From: Polyangiaceae bacterium
GTDB lineage: Bacteria; Myxococcota_A; Polyangia; Polyangiales; Polyangiaceae
Reading direction: 5' to 3'
NCBI GenBank assembly: GCA_044376115.1
Contig: JBILLK010000024.1
Coordinates: 96,001 to 160,000 of the forward strand
Length of the DNA stretch: 64,000 bases
In this document: piece by piece, positions 30,452 through 40,307 of the stretch
Layout of the letters: each line of letters begins with the position of its first letter
How positions within the stretch are numbered: the stretch's first letter is position 1
Program-made: the position numbers and the translations under genes
The notes under the pieces: model-generated
What the model was told of the DNA's origin: nothing
The model's database searches: none
Seen by the model: the letters and a program-made list of their open reading frames with translations, nothing else

Positions 30452-31975
30452 ATGGAGAACCAAGCTTCATCTTCTCAGAGTTCGCCTAGCGTGCTCGAAA
30501 GCGTTCGCTACGACCTGCCGGCTGGCGTCGTTGCATTTCTTGTCGCCGTACCGCTCTGCCTGGGCATTGCCTTGGCCTCCGGCGCACCCTTGCTGGCTGG
30601 GTTGATCGCCGGAATGATCGGCGGGCTCGTGGTGCCGCTAATCAGCCGCGCGCAGCTAAGCGTTTGTGGGCCGGCAGCCGGGCTGGCAGCCGTGGTGCTG
30701 ACCGGAATCGCCACCTTGGGCAGCTTTCAAGCCTTCACGGTCGCGTTGATCCTGGCTGGCTTGCTCCAGGTTGGAATGGGGGTTCTGCGGCTCGGCAAGC
30801 TCTCCGGTTGGTTCCCCACTGGAGTTGTGAGCGGCATGCTCGCTGCCATCGGCGTCTTGTTGATCCTCAAGCAAATCCCGCACGCCGTCGGTTTTGATCG
30901 CGATGCGTTTGCTGTCGAAGACGGCGCAACTTCACCAGCGGTGAATTCGTTGCTCGCATCGGTTAACCCCACCGCCATCCTAGTCGCGGTCACGGCCATC
31001 GCCTCGCTCATCGGCTGGGACAAGTTCGCCAAAAGTCGCGGCGGCTCACTGCTCCCCGCGCCGCTCGTCGCTGTACTGGTCGGCGTTGGAGTGAACGAGA
31101 TCGCTCGGTTGGTGAATCCGGCTTACGGCCTCTCTGGCGAACACATGGTGGTGATCCCGCCGCTAAGCTCATTCACTGATTCGTTGGGCGTGCCGAACGC
31201 CGCGACCTTCATGCGGACCGACGTTTGGATAGTGGCTTTGACGGTCGCCGCCGTCGCCAGCATCGAGTCGCTGCTCAACGTCGAAGCGATGGACAAGCTC
31301 GATCCGCTGTCGCGTCGCTCACCTATGAACCGCGAACTGATCGCGCAAGGCGTCGCTAACACCATCTCCGGGCTGCTCGGCGGGTTGCCGGTGACCTCGG
31401 TCGTTGTGCGTAGCTCAGCGGCGATGCAAGCCGGCGCGCGTACCCGAGGAGCTGCGTTCTACCACGGGCTCCTCATCCTTCTGACGTTCGTCGCGCTGGC
31501 CCCGCTCCTCGAGCGCATTCCGCTTTCGTGCCTCGCGGCCATTCTGCTCGTGACTGGCTACAAACTCGCTTCACCGTTCGTGATGAAGGCCGCATGGAAG
31601 GAAGGCTTTGAGCACTTCCTGCCGTTTGCCGCGACGATCGTTGGTGTCGTTGGGCTCGACCTGCTCAAGGGTGTCGCCGCCGGGTTGGTGGTCGCGCTGG
31701 CCCTCGCAGTTCGACGAGCGCTTGGTCCGGTGGTTGAGGTTGCCCAGGAAGAGGGGCGCTTCATCGTGCGCTTGGTTCGCGATGTTCCGTTCTTCGCGCG
31801 GGCGGAGCTTCAGGCAGCACTGGACTCGATTCCACCGGCCGCCAGCGTGGTCGTGGATGCCGAGCAAGCAACCAGCGTTCACCGCGATGTTCGTGAGACG
31901 GTTCGCGACTTCAAGAAGAACGCTGCCAAGAGGTCGCTCGAGGTTGAAGTTCGCGGCCTAGCCGGCGTGAGCTGA
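30452..31975 (+). CDS. SulP family anion (probably bicarbonate) transporter
   Basis: DLPAGVVAFLVAVPLCLGIALASG, GPAAGL, ELIAQG.AN...GGLPVTSVVVRSS; short STAS-like tail. Confidence 0.92.
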   Translation: MENQASSSQSSPSVLESVRYDLPAGVVAFLVAVPLCLGIALASGAPLLAGLIAGMIGGLVVPLISRAQLSVCGPAAGLAAVVLTGIATLGSFQAFTVALILAGLLQVGMGVLRLGKLSGWFPTGVVSGMLAAIGVLLILKQIPHAVGFDRDAFAVEDGATSPAVNSLLASVNPTAILVAVTAIASLIGWDKFAKSRGGSLLPAPLVAVLVGVGVNEIARLVNPAYGLSGEHMVVIPPLSSFTDSLGVPNAATFMRTDVWIVALTVAAVASIESLLNVEAMDKLDPLSRRSPMNRELIAQGVANTISGLLGGLPVTSVVVRSSAAMQAGARTRGAAFYHGLLILLTFVALAPLLERIPLSCLAAILLVTGYKLASPFVMKAAWKEGFEHFLPFAATIVGVVGLDLLKGVAAGLVVALALAVRRALGPVVEVAQEEGRFIVRLVRDVPFFARAELQAALDSIPPAASVVVDAEQATSVHRDVRETVRDFKKNAAKRSLEVEVRGLAGVS

Positions 31976-33487
31976 AAGCGGGGCTGTCTCGTTTGAGCCG
32001 CGGAAGCACAGCCGAAAGGTCGTGCCTCGCGGCAACCGGGGGCTGCAGCTGATGCTACCGCCATGCGCCTCGACGATCTCGCGCGTAACGGCCAACCCAA
32101 GCCCCGTTCCGCGTTCTTTTGTAGTGAAGAACGGGTCGAAGACGCTGGCGCGCACAGCGTCGGGGATACCTGGCCCGTCGTCCTCGATTAGCACCTCCAC
32201 CCCCAGTTCACCCTTCTTCACGGTGATAGTGAGCCTGCCACCGTCTTGCATTGCTTCGCGAGCGTTGCGCATGAGGTTGAGGAAGGCCTGCCGCGCTAGA
32301 CTCTCGTCCAGCGGCACATCCGGCACATCCGGCTCCACCACCAACGCCACGTGCACCTTCGCCCGCTTCATCTCCACGCCGAGGAACTCCACCAGCTCGG
32401 CCAAGAGGTCGGAGATCGACTCGTTCGCGAGCGTCGGCGAAGGCCTTCGGGCGAGGCTGAGGTACTGTTCCGAAAGGCGCGCCAATCGCTGAGCCTCGGC
32501 TTTGATGGCCTTGACCAACTCGCGCTTCTCGAGCGCGGCCTCGTCTGCTGCACCTTCTGAAAGTTCGCTCTCCAAGAGCTCGAGGTTGAGCGACATCGCC
32601 GACAAGGGGTTGCGAATTTCGTGCGTAATGTGAGCGGCCATCTTGCCGATCGCAGCGAGCCGCTCGGACTGCACCACCTCGCTTCGCGCGTCGCGAATGG
32701 CGCCAACCATCTTCTCAAAGGTGCCCGCGAGCTCACCGATCTCGCTGCCATCATCGACCGCCGCCTTGGGTGTGAGATCGCCTGCCGCGACGCTCTTCGC
32801 GCGTTCGGTGACAAGCTTGAGCGGTCGCAACATGCGTCGGGCGTAGATCGAAATGCCGGCTCCCACACAGAGCGTCGCGAAGCTGAGCAAGAGCAACAGT
32901 TGCAGCGCGCGCTGCTCTCGCACGACGGCGGCCTCATCAAGCCGCTCCACCGCGGTCTCAGCCTTGCTGCGCACTGCACGCAAGCGAGAGGCGGTATCGG
33001 CTTCAACCTTCACTAACTCGCTCGCCAAGCGATCGGCACGCTCGGAGTTCCCCGAAAGCAGCGCCTCGAACAGCCGGGAGTAAGCGTCGGCTTCGCTGGT
33101 CTGCCTCTCCTCGATCGCATCCAGCTCGGCGCGCGCCTCGAGTTGCATGCGCTCGATGGCCGCTCCACCTTCTTCCAGCGCGTCGAGCGCCTCGCGAATC
33201 GAGGCAAGCGTAAGCGGGCGCGAACGCCGTTGTGTTTCGACCCAATCCCGCACATCGCCGGGGTTCTTCGCTGCGGTGGCGTGGTTGAGCTGGGTGAGCA
33301 AGACGTTCTGTTCGGCCAAGGCTTGCCCAACCGACAGCTGCAGCGGCACCAAGCCTTTTCGCAATAGCGCTGATTCTCGAGCCGTGTTGCGCATATCGCG
33401 GACGCCCAACGACATCGTTACGGCGAAGGCCAGGAGCAACAGGGCATAGCCGAACAACAGACGACGCGTGACCGAGAAGCTACGCAT
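31958..33487 (-). CDS. Membrane sensor histidine kinase (HAMP, HisKA, HATPase)
   Basis: Two TM segments, HAMP, ITHEIRNPL, NLMRNA, DDGPG, FDPFFTTK.RGTGLGL. Confidence 0.93.
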   Translation of the reverse strand: MRSFSVTRRLLFGYALLLLAFAVTMSLGVRDMRNTARESALLRKGLVPLQLSVGQALAEQNVLLTQLNHATAAKNPGDVRDWVETQRRSRPLTLASIREALDALEEGGAAIERMQLEARAELDAIEERQTSEADAYSRLFEALLSGNSERADRLASELVKVEADTASRLRAVRSKAETAVERLDEAAVVREQRALQLLLLLSFATLCVGAGISIYARRMLRPLKLVTERAKSVAAGDLTPKAAVDDGSEIGELAGTFEKMVGAIRDARSEVVQSERLAAIGKMAAHITHEIRNPLSAMSLNLELLESELSEGAADEAALEKRELVKAIKAEAQRLARLSEQYLSLARRPSPTLANESISDLLAELVEFLGVEMKRAKVHVALVVEPDVPDVPLDESLARQAFLNLMRNAREAMQDGGRLTITVKKGELGVEVLIEDDGPGIPDAVRASVFDPFFTTKERGTGLGLAVTREIVEAHGGSISCSPRLPRGTTFRLCFRGSNETAPLSAHAG

Positions 33488-33493
33488 GAGCTG

Positions 33494-34567
33494 TTAGAGC
33501 GCGAGACCGAGGCCCTTTGCGAGGAACACAACGAGATCCTCCACCTGGGCGCCCGAGCGACGGAATCGGGTCAAGCTCGATGCACAGGCGGTCACCAGCG
33601 GCGCCGAATCCGCTTGGGCCAGCCGTTGTTCTGCGATCGTCTTCGAGGTCTCGGGCCGGACGATCGGAACCAGCGCACCAGCGCCCGAGCAATCGGCTGC
33701 AGCCCGGTTGCGATGAAACTCCAGCGGAGCTTGGCCAAGCACTTTGGAGAGGAGACGGCGGGGCTCTTCGTAGCGGCCCATCCCTCGGCCGAGCAGACAC
33801 GGATCGTGGTAGCGCGGCAGTTCGCTCGGCTCAGGCGTAATCGCCTTGAAGCGCTCCAAGTTATCGTGGGCAAGATCGAGCACGAGCCGAACGTCACCGT
33901 TGGCGCGCAACGACTGTGCGCACCCGACATCGAGCACCAACGGCGCGCGCCCTGAGCACGCCGCACCAATTTCCCCCGCGAGACGCTCCGCCCCGAGCGC
34001 GTCGCCGGCCATTCGCTCAGGGTAGCCGCAACAGCCGTCCAACAAGGACACCGGCCCGCCCAAGAGCTTGGCGGCCACGCGTGCCGCGAGGCCAGCCACC
34101 TCGGGGTGCTTGAGCGTATAGCCGCAGCCCAGGAGCAACGGAGGCCCATCTCCAACAACCTCGGGCCCGAGCTCGTTCGAAAGCTCGGCGACAGCCTGCT
34201 TGAGACGGGCTCGGCGCGACTCTCCGCGTGCGATGACCGACGCGCTCTCACTGGGCTGCAGCCCAAGCTCTGTGAGCGGGCCGCGCGCTTCGGCAAGTAC
34301 GTCGGCGACCGGGTTCTTGTGGTCGCAGCGCTCTTTGCACGCCATGCATCCGGTGCACGCCCAAGCGAGACTCGCGGTCTCTGCGTCCAGCGGGGCGAGG
34401 CCGCGGCCAGCAAAGTAGACCGACGACATTTTTCCCCACGGCGTCAACGTCTCGTTCGGCTCCGCATTCGAGATCGGACAAGCGGCACGGCACAACTTTG
34501 GGCAGTAGACGCACTTCTCGAGTTGGGAGCTGCGTTGTTCCACGACCGGCAGGCTGAAGCGATTCAC
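33494..34567 (-). CDS. (Fe-S)-binding protein, GlcF/GlpC-like (4Fe-4S motifs + CCG domains)
   Basis: CVYCPKLCRAACP, CTGCMACKERC, GCCG, YHDPC, CSGAG, TACAS. Confidence 0.88.
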   Translation of the reverse strand: MNRFSLPVVEQRSSQLEKCVYCPKLCRAACPISNAEPNETLTPWGKMSSVYFAGRGLAPLDAETASLAWACTGCMACKERCDHKNPVADVLAEARGPLTELGLQPSESASVIARGESRRARLKQAVAELSNELGPEVVGDGPPLLLGCGYTLKHPEVAGLAARVAAKLLGGPVSLLDGCCGYPERMAGDALGAERLAGEIGAACSGRAPLVLDVGCAQSLRANGDVRLVLDLAHDNLERFKAITPEPSELPRYHDPCLLGRGMGRYEEPRRLLSKVLGQAPLEFHRNRAAADCSGAGALVPIVRPETSKTIAEQRLAQADSAPLVTACASSLTRFRRSGAQVEDLVVFLAKGLGLAL

Positions 34568-36795
34568 GAGCCGGACTTCCCCTCGCGCAGCAACTCTCGT
34601 CGCTCGCGAACCGTTGAGGCGGCGCTACGACTCTTGGCTGCAGGCGGAGGCACCGACTTGCGTCGCACCGGCGGGGATTCCACCTCGTCCTCGACGGGCC
34701 GCATCACCAAGCCTTCGGCCTCGGTCTGCGGTAGCCGAACGACGAACTTCGTACCGGCCGCTGAGGACTCTGCGGACACCGTGCCGCGGTGGTCATCCAC
34801 GATCTTCTTCACGATCGACAACCCAAGGCCTGTACCGCCGCGCTTACCGCTGGTGACGAAAGAGGCGAACAGCTTGCGTCGCACTTCTTCCGGTATGCCC
34901 CGCCCGGTATCAGCGACGGTGATCACCAGATCATCTCCGTCCCGCTCGACCCGCAACGTGAGCGTGCCGCCACGCTCACTCATTGCTTCGATCGCGTTGC
35001 GCGCGAGGTTCGCGATCACCCGGCTGATCTTCAGCTCGTCGAAACGCGCGGTGCCTCGGTCCTTGAGTTCGAGCTGCATTTTGACCTTGGTACCCTCGAG
35101 ATCTCGCTGCAGCTGCTGTTCGACCTCATTGAAGAATTTCTCGAGGAAAAGACGCCGAATGAGCAAGCTGCGCTCCCCGCGAGCGAACTCGAGAATCTCG
35201 CGTTGCATAGCGGCGATCGCATCGAACTGTTTGAGGATCACCTTGGCCTGCTCACTGCGCGTCGCCCGGTCATCCGTCGTGGCCATCAGCTGCGCATAGC
35301 CGCTGATGACAGCGAGCGGGCCGCGCAAGTCGTGCACGATTCCCGAGAACAAGCGCCCGAGCGAAGAGAGCCGCCGCCCCTGTTCACGCTCGATGCGCGA
35401 AACGAATAGGCGAACCGCCGTCGAAGCGTTGGCCGAGATGAGTCGCAGCAGCGCGCGTGCGTCTTGCGAGAAGCCGCCCTGGCGAGTTGCGTTGTAAAGC
35501 GCGAGGGCGCCGATCGGAGAGTCGTCGGAGCCTTCGAGTGGCATCGCCACCGAGCTCTTCACCTCGATCCCGAGCACCGAGCCCAAGCGCGACGAGACGG
35601 GAGGCCCCGTCATACGGGACGCGCTGGATGGCGGTAAATGTTGGGCCTCATTCGTCCGCATGGCCAACCCGAGAATGCCCTCCCCGCGCCGGACGCCGAC
35701 CCGCTTGACCTCGGGGTGTTTGCCCTTCGTCGCATCGACGAAATAGAGGAATACGCCCTCCTCCCCTTCGTCCACCATCATGCCGCCAGCCTCGGCGCCG
35801 CAGGCCCGCGCAGCTTCGACAACCACCGCTTTGGCCAGGTCCGAGAACGAGGACGCGCGCGCCATCGAACTCTCGAGTTCGAACAGCAGCTTCAAATCTT
35901 GGACGCGGTGCTCGAGCTGCTCCTTGGTCTCGACGAGCTGCATGTTCTTCTGAATCACCGACAAGAAGAGGCGGGAGTTGTCGATGGAGACGGCAGCCTG
36001 CGTCGACAAAGCCGTCAGCAATTCTTCATCGTATTGAGAGAACTCACCGTCCCACCCGGGCTCGTCAAAGGAGGTGGGTCGCGACTTTCCTCGCGATGAC
36101 GGGGCCGCACCACTTCGCGAGCGGCTAAACTCACCGCTCTGCTCGGAGACCGGCCCGGTATGAACAACCGGGCTGCGCTTGTTGAGCACCTGAATCACGC
36201 CGATCGTTCTGCCGACGTGGTTCTTCATCGGCGCCGCGAGGATTGACCGCGTTCGGTAGCCGGTCATCTCGTCCCAGTGGCGAGAGAAACGTCGATCCCG
36301 ATAGGCGTCCTTGATCCTCAGGGTCTGTCCGAATTTTGCGACGTGACCGGCGATGCCCGACCCCACTGGCAACTCGATGCTCTTGGCCTCGTCCCCAATG
36401 ATGATGCGCGAAAGCAGGCGCTGCCGTTGTTCGTCGAGCAGATAGAGGGTGGCGCGGTCGGCCTCGAGCAGCTCGGCGATCTTCCCAAGAATCAATTCGA
36501 GGAGCTGATCGAGGTCGAGCGTCGACCCCAGCGCCAAGCCGACATCGCGGAGCGCGCGAACCGTCCGCTCGGCCCGCCCCAAAAGTGAATCCAGCTCGGC
36601 CACCTTGGCCTCGAGCTCGGACACGCGACGGTTGAACTCGTCCTTGTCCGGCCTTCGACGTGAGGATGGCGGCGCGACGACGGGAGGGCGCGAAGGCTTC
36701 TTCCCCTCAGCCTTTCGCGGCTTATTCGGGGATTTTGGCAAAGCTACGCGGCGAGCTTCGCTCAAGGTCCCAGGTTTGGCCGTCTTTGCAGGCAT
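34564..36795 (-). CDS. Cytoplasmic histidine kinase with two GAF domains
   Basis: GAF (TGYRTRSILAAPM...GVIQVLNK), second GAF, IVHDLRGPL, NLARNA, DTGRG, GTGLGL. Start uncertain. Confidence 0.9.
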   Translation of the reverse strand: MPAKTAKPGTLSEARRVALPKSPNKPRKAEGKKPSRPPVVAPPSSRRRPDKDEFNRRVSELEAKVAELDSLLGRAERTVRALRDVGLALGSTLDLDQLLELILGKIAELLEADRATLYLLDEQRQRLLSRIIIGDEAKSIELPVGSGIAGHVAKFGQTLRIKDAYRDRRFSRHWDEMTGYRTRSILAAPMKNHVGRTIGVIQVLNKRSPVVHTGPVSEQSGEFSRSRSGAAPSSRGKSRPTSFDEPGWDGEFSQYDEELLTALSTQAAVSIDNSRLFLSVIQKNMQLVETKEQLEHRVQDLKLLFELESSMARASSFSDLAKAVVVEAARACGAEAGGMMVDEGEEGVFLYFVDATKGKHPEVKRVGVRRGEGILGLAMRTNEAQHLPPSSASRMTGPPVSSRLGSVLGIEVKSSVAMPLEGSDDSPIGALALYNATRQGGFSQDARALLRLISANASTAVRLFVSRIEREQGRRLSSLGRLFSGIVHDLRGPLAVISGYAQLMATTDDRATRSEQAKVILKQFDAIAAMQREILEFARGERSLLIRRLFLEKFFNEVEQQLQRDLEGTKVKMQLELKDRGTARFDELKISRVIANLARNAIEAMSERGGTLTLRVERDGDDLVITVADTGRGIPEEVRRKLFASFVTSGKRGGTGLGLSIVKKIVDDHRGTVSAESSAAGTKFVVRLPQTEAEGLVMRPVEDEVESPPVRRKSVPPPAAKSRSAASTVRERRELLREGKSGS

Positions 36796-36924
36796 CCAGC
36801 TTGCAAGGTAGAGAAGCCTGGTCATTTGTTGAAGCTGAATTTGTGGAGTTTTCGAGCTGGGCACTGCGGGCGTTGGTGGTCGCAAGCAGTTGCCGGGCAC
36901 GCTAGGCTCCTCCGCCTGGAGTCA

Positions 36925-37263
36925 ATGCCTCGCTGGGTCCATGTTGTGCAGCTCGTGATTGCCGCAGGCAGTGTGGCGTGTGGTTCCGAGGCCTCCAACG
37001 CCGTCGTAGCCGCCTGCGTTGAGCAGTGTGATTTGGCCAACGATTGCGAGGGTGGCTCCTACTCCTGCCTCGACAAGTGCGAGGCTGAATACGACAACGC
37101 CCAATACATCGGATGTGAAACCGAATACGAGGTCCTCATTGATTGCTTGGGTGCGTTGCCAGACATCTGCGACGTCAGCGGCTGCGCAACTCCAGTCAGC
37201 AGCTACTCGGTATGCGGGGGCTTCTTCTGCGGGGCCAACCCCGAGGATCCGTTGTGCAGCTGA
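36925..37263 (+). CDS. Small Cys-rich lipoprotein
   Basis: GGAG RBS, SVAC lipobox, many regularly spaced Cys. Confidence 0.7.
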   Translation: MPRWVHVVQLVIAAGSVACGSEASNAVVAACVEQCDLANDCEGGSYSCLDKCEAEYDNAQYIGCETEYEVLIDCLGALPDICDVSGCATPVSSYSVCGGFFCGANPEDPLCS

Positions 37264-37326
37264 TCTGCTTCGCCGTGGTTGTGGGAAGCAGCCAACGTTG
37301 TCAGAGCGTTATCCCCAGTTGATCCG

Positions 37327-38919
37327 ATGATGCTTACCGCTCGCTCGTTCATTGTCGCGGTGTCGTTAGCCGCTGCGCTCACGCCCCACAGCGCAAGCTC
37401 GGGTCCGGGCGCGCCCAGCGCCGAGCCGAGCACGTCCCTACCGAAGCCCCCGCCGGACGGCGAGCTACCCGCGCTCGCGACCTTACCCCCGATCAAGCGA
37501 CTCGAGGCCGAGCAAGAGAGCACCCGCGAACTCGACAAGCTGCTGACCCGCCTCACTTCGGAGAAGTCCGACATTCGCGAGGCGGCCTTCGCAGACGTCG
37601 AGAAGGTGGACGCCGGCCTACTGCCCGCTGTGTACGGGCGCATTCAGAACATTCGGGAGTCGCTCGACCGCGACCAAGCCCCGCGCACAATCGCGGCTGC
37701 GCGGAAGGCGGCGCGAGACGCAAGGAAGGCGGAGAAAAAGAGCAAAAAGTCGAGCGCCTCCGAAGAGGAGGAGAGCGACTGGCTCCGGTTCGTGCTCGAT
37801 GAACCACGCCCAAAAGACGCAACTTGGCGCGAGGTCGTAGAGCTCCTGGCGATCACGCGCATGCTGCGAGTGATGGGCACTACGGCGGCCGTGCGCGAAC
37901 TGATCGAGCTACGCGCGAACTTCGGCGAAATGCTGCGAGTGGACCTCATGCGACAGGTGATCGCGCTGAAGGACAAAGCGGTACCGGCGTTGCTGGAGTC
38001 GAAGAAGCACGACGCGAGTGTGGTGCGCGAGTTCGCCGATAAGGCGCTCGACACGTTGGGCAAGGTGACCCCCGGCGAAGCAGTGAGCACCACCGACCCT
38101 GAGGTGCTCGCGGACACGCTCAAGGCATTTGGATACGTGCGCGAAGTCGAGGCTGTCGACGTTCTTCTTTCCTTCGCCAACCACGACCGACGCAAAGTCC
38201 GAGACGCTGCACGGCAGGCCATCGCGGCCATTGGCGAAGCTGGACGCTTTCGTTTGCGCGACGCTTATCAGGACCTAACGGGCGAGAAGATCGACAAGAG
38301 CGTTCCGTGGGACATCCTCGCGAAGCGGATGTTTTGGCTCTACGACAACGCCCGAGCTGCAGAGGTCGTGCGCACGTTCGACAGCGGGACGACGCTCGCG
38401 AAGGACAAGGACTACGCCGGTGCAGTCGCCGCGTTCGATCGGGTGCTCGCGGTCGACCCGCAATTCGACCGGAGAGCCGAGATGAGTCCCGCTTACTTCG
38501 AGCTGGGCAAGGCGACCTCGTTTGACCAGCCCGAGGAGCGCCTCGCCCGGCTGCGCAAAGCCCGTCGCTTGCTCGGCCAGCAACCTGCTCCAACCATCGA
38601 CGCGGAAATCGCCTTCACAGAGGCCAAGATGCTCCTGGCCGAAGGGCGCCCTGACCGCTTTCTGCTCAAGCGCGCCGTTGAACTCGATCCTAACCACAAC
38701 GAGGCGGCAGCACTCCTGGCGAGCTTTGACCAGGAGGCCGCACGGGAGGCGCAGTCCGTCCAACCCAAGCCGCCCTACGTACTGGCAGGCGCCATTGCGG
38801 CGGTCGCAGCGCTACTCGCTGGGGTGATCGCCCTGCTCCCGTGGGGGAGGAAGCAGGCGACGCTCAAAGCCCCGCCCGCAGCGGCAGAGGCTGCAAAGCC
38901 GACCGAAACTACTCCCTAG
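37327..38919 (+). CDS. Exported HEAT/TPR repeat protein with C-terminal TM
   Basis: Signal peptide; HEAT-like AVPALLE / VRDAARQAIAAIG; TPR-like AFDRVLAVDP and AVELDPNH; C-terminal hydrophobic helix. Confidence 0.75.
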   Translation: MMLTARSFIVAVSLAAALTPHSASSGPGAPSAEPSTSLPKPPPDGELPALATLPPIKRLEAEQESTRELDKLLTRLTSEKSDIREAAFADVEKVDAGLLPAVYGRIQNIRESLDRDQAPRTIAAARKAARDARKAEKKSKKSSASEEEESDWLRFVLDEPRPKDATWREVVELLAITRMLRVMGTTAAVRELIELRANFGEMLRVDLMRQVIALKDKAVPALLESKKHDASVVREFADKALDTLGKVTPGEAVSTTDPEVLADTLKAFGYVREVEAVDVLLSFANHDRRKVRDAARQAIAAIGEAGRFRLRDAYQDLTGEKIDKSVPWDILAKRMFWLYDNARAAEVVRTFDSGTTLAKDKDYAGAVAAFDRVLAVDPQFDRRAEMSPAYFELGKATSFDQPEERLARLRKARRLLGQQPAPTIDAEIAFTEAKMLLAEGRPDRFLLKRAVELDPNHNEAAALLASFDQEAAREAQSVQPKPPYVLAGAIAAVAALLAGVIALLPWGRKQATLKAPPAAAEAAKPTETTP

Positions 38920-39602
38920 AGCGCCTCTTCTTCGACGGAGATCACGCGCCCATAGCCATCGAGTTGATAACAGAACCGCACTTTGCCGCCCCCTTGCGCA
39001 AGCTTGCAGGTGCACAACAGCTGACGGGCTCGGTGCGGAAACCTGCCTTGATCGGTCAGAAGCTCGGGCATCTTGGGCGTGGCAGGGCTGGCCTTCAACA
39101 TCCCACCAGGCAGCAGTTGACGCTGGAACATCGTGGCGGTGGTCGATGCCTCCGCCAAACGAACTCCGGCTGCGTCAACCAGCTCAATGGTCACGGTCCC
39201 CGCGAAACGCTTCCCCACCTCGGGTAGTGGCGCTTTCGCTTGTTGTGCTTGCTGGCTCTCTTTAGCCGGAGACCACCCGTCGGCTTGCTCCTTCGCTATG
39301 AGCGACTTCACATCGTCGGCGTCCAGCGTTTCGCCAAGGGCGGCCCCGACGTCCTCCATGAAAGCGACCAGTCTCTTTACGCTGGTTCCCGAAGGCACGG
39401 ATAGCTTCACCCCAAAGCGGTGGAGTTTGACCGTCAACACCCCCAGAGAACCGACGAGAATCTCCTCATTCTCGTCCTCGTCAATGAACTCTTCGCGCTC
39501 GCACGTGACCCCAAAGTCGCGGGCGCACTCTTGCGCCACAGCGAACACTTGCTTCAGGGTGCGTTGCTGCGTCTTAACGTAAACGGAGTGGTCCCGCGAC
39601 AT
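38916..39602 (-). CDS. Hypothetical protein
   Basis: 228-aa ORF with purine-rich RBS (GGGAGGACGTGAGG); no recognised motif. Confidence 0.6.
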   Translation of the reverse strand: MSRDHSVYVKTQQRTLKQVFAVAQECARDFGVTCEREEFIDEDENEEILVGSLGVLTVKLHRFGVKLSVPSGTSVKRLVAFMEDVGAALGETLDADDVKSLIAKEQADGWSPAKESQQAQQAKAPLPEVGKRFAGTVTIELVDAAGVRLAEASTTATMFQRQLLPGGMLKASPATPKMPELLTDQGRFPHRARQLLCTCKLAQGGGKVRFCYQLDGYGRVISVEEEAL

Positions 39603-39679
39603 CCTCACGTCCTCCCAAACCCGCAGATTTCAGTGGCGGCGCACCGTCCCCTTGCCCACGACAGCCCGCCCATGGAACG

Positions 39680-39711
39680 AAAAAGGGCGCACGATCGATG
39701 AACGTGCGCCC
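39680..39711 (-). terminator. Intrinsic terminator closing the ribosomal protein cluster
   Basis: Minus strand GGGCGCACG-N9-CGTGCGCCC followed by TTTTT, just after the rplQ stop. Confidence 0.8.
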
Positions 39712-39729
39712 AATGACCTGACGTATCCC

Positions 39730-40248
39730 TCAGCCAGCTGCTTCGGCAGCGGCCTCAGGTTCCTCAACCGGCTCTTCAACAGGGGCGGTCTTCACCTTGT
39801 CGACGGGTGCAGCCGCATCCACGAACTCGATCATGCTGATCGGCGCGTTGTCACCACGGCGAAATCCGACCTTGACGATTCGAGTGTAACCACCCGGGCG
39901 TTCGGCGAATCGCTTCGAGAGATCGACGAGAACCTTCTCGACGATGTCCACCGTCGAGCCGTCGGTCCTTACGCCGAATCGCGGCAAGTACGCCGACAGA
40001 AGCCGAGTGACATGAAGTCGCTTCGCCTTACCGTCTGCGGATAGCTCCGTCTGCGGCGTGTAAGCGACGGGGCCGAGTCGACGAGCCTTCGTGATGAGCC
40101 GCTCGGCGATTCGCCGAAGCTCCTTCGCCTTGGCGTCGGTCGTCTCAATCCGCTCATGCGTGATGAGATTCGCCGCCAGGTTGCGCAGCATTGCGCGCCG
40201 GCTCGAAGTGTCTCGACTGAACTGCCTGCCTGCTTTCTTGTGACGCAT
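39730..40248 (-). CDS. rplQ: 50S ribosomal protein bL17
   Basis: MRHKKAGRQFSR...HERIETTDAKAKELR...RPGGYTRIVKVGFRRGDNAP. Confidence 0.97.
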   Translation of the reverse strand: MRHKKAGRQFSRDTSSRRAMLRNLAANLITHERIETTDAKAKELRRIAERLITKARRLGPVAYTPQTELSADGKAKRLHVTRLLSAYLPRFGVRTDGSTVDIVEKVLVDLSKRFAERPGGYTRIVKVGFRRGDNAPISMIEFVDAAAPVDKVKTAPVEEPVEEPEAAAEAAG

Positions 40249-40307
40249 GACGAAAACCTACTCTTTTTGAAAACAACGCGAAAAACGAAAACCGATGACC
40301 GAGCGAA

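Noticed and set aside
23896..31975. Carbon-fixation (Wood-Ljungdahl) cluster suggested by fhs plus carbonic anhydrase
   Set aside because: The genes are unlinked and separated by unrelated ORFs; no folD, metF, acs or fdh in the window.
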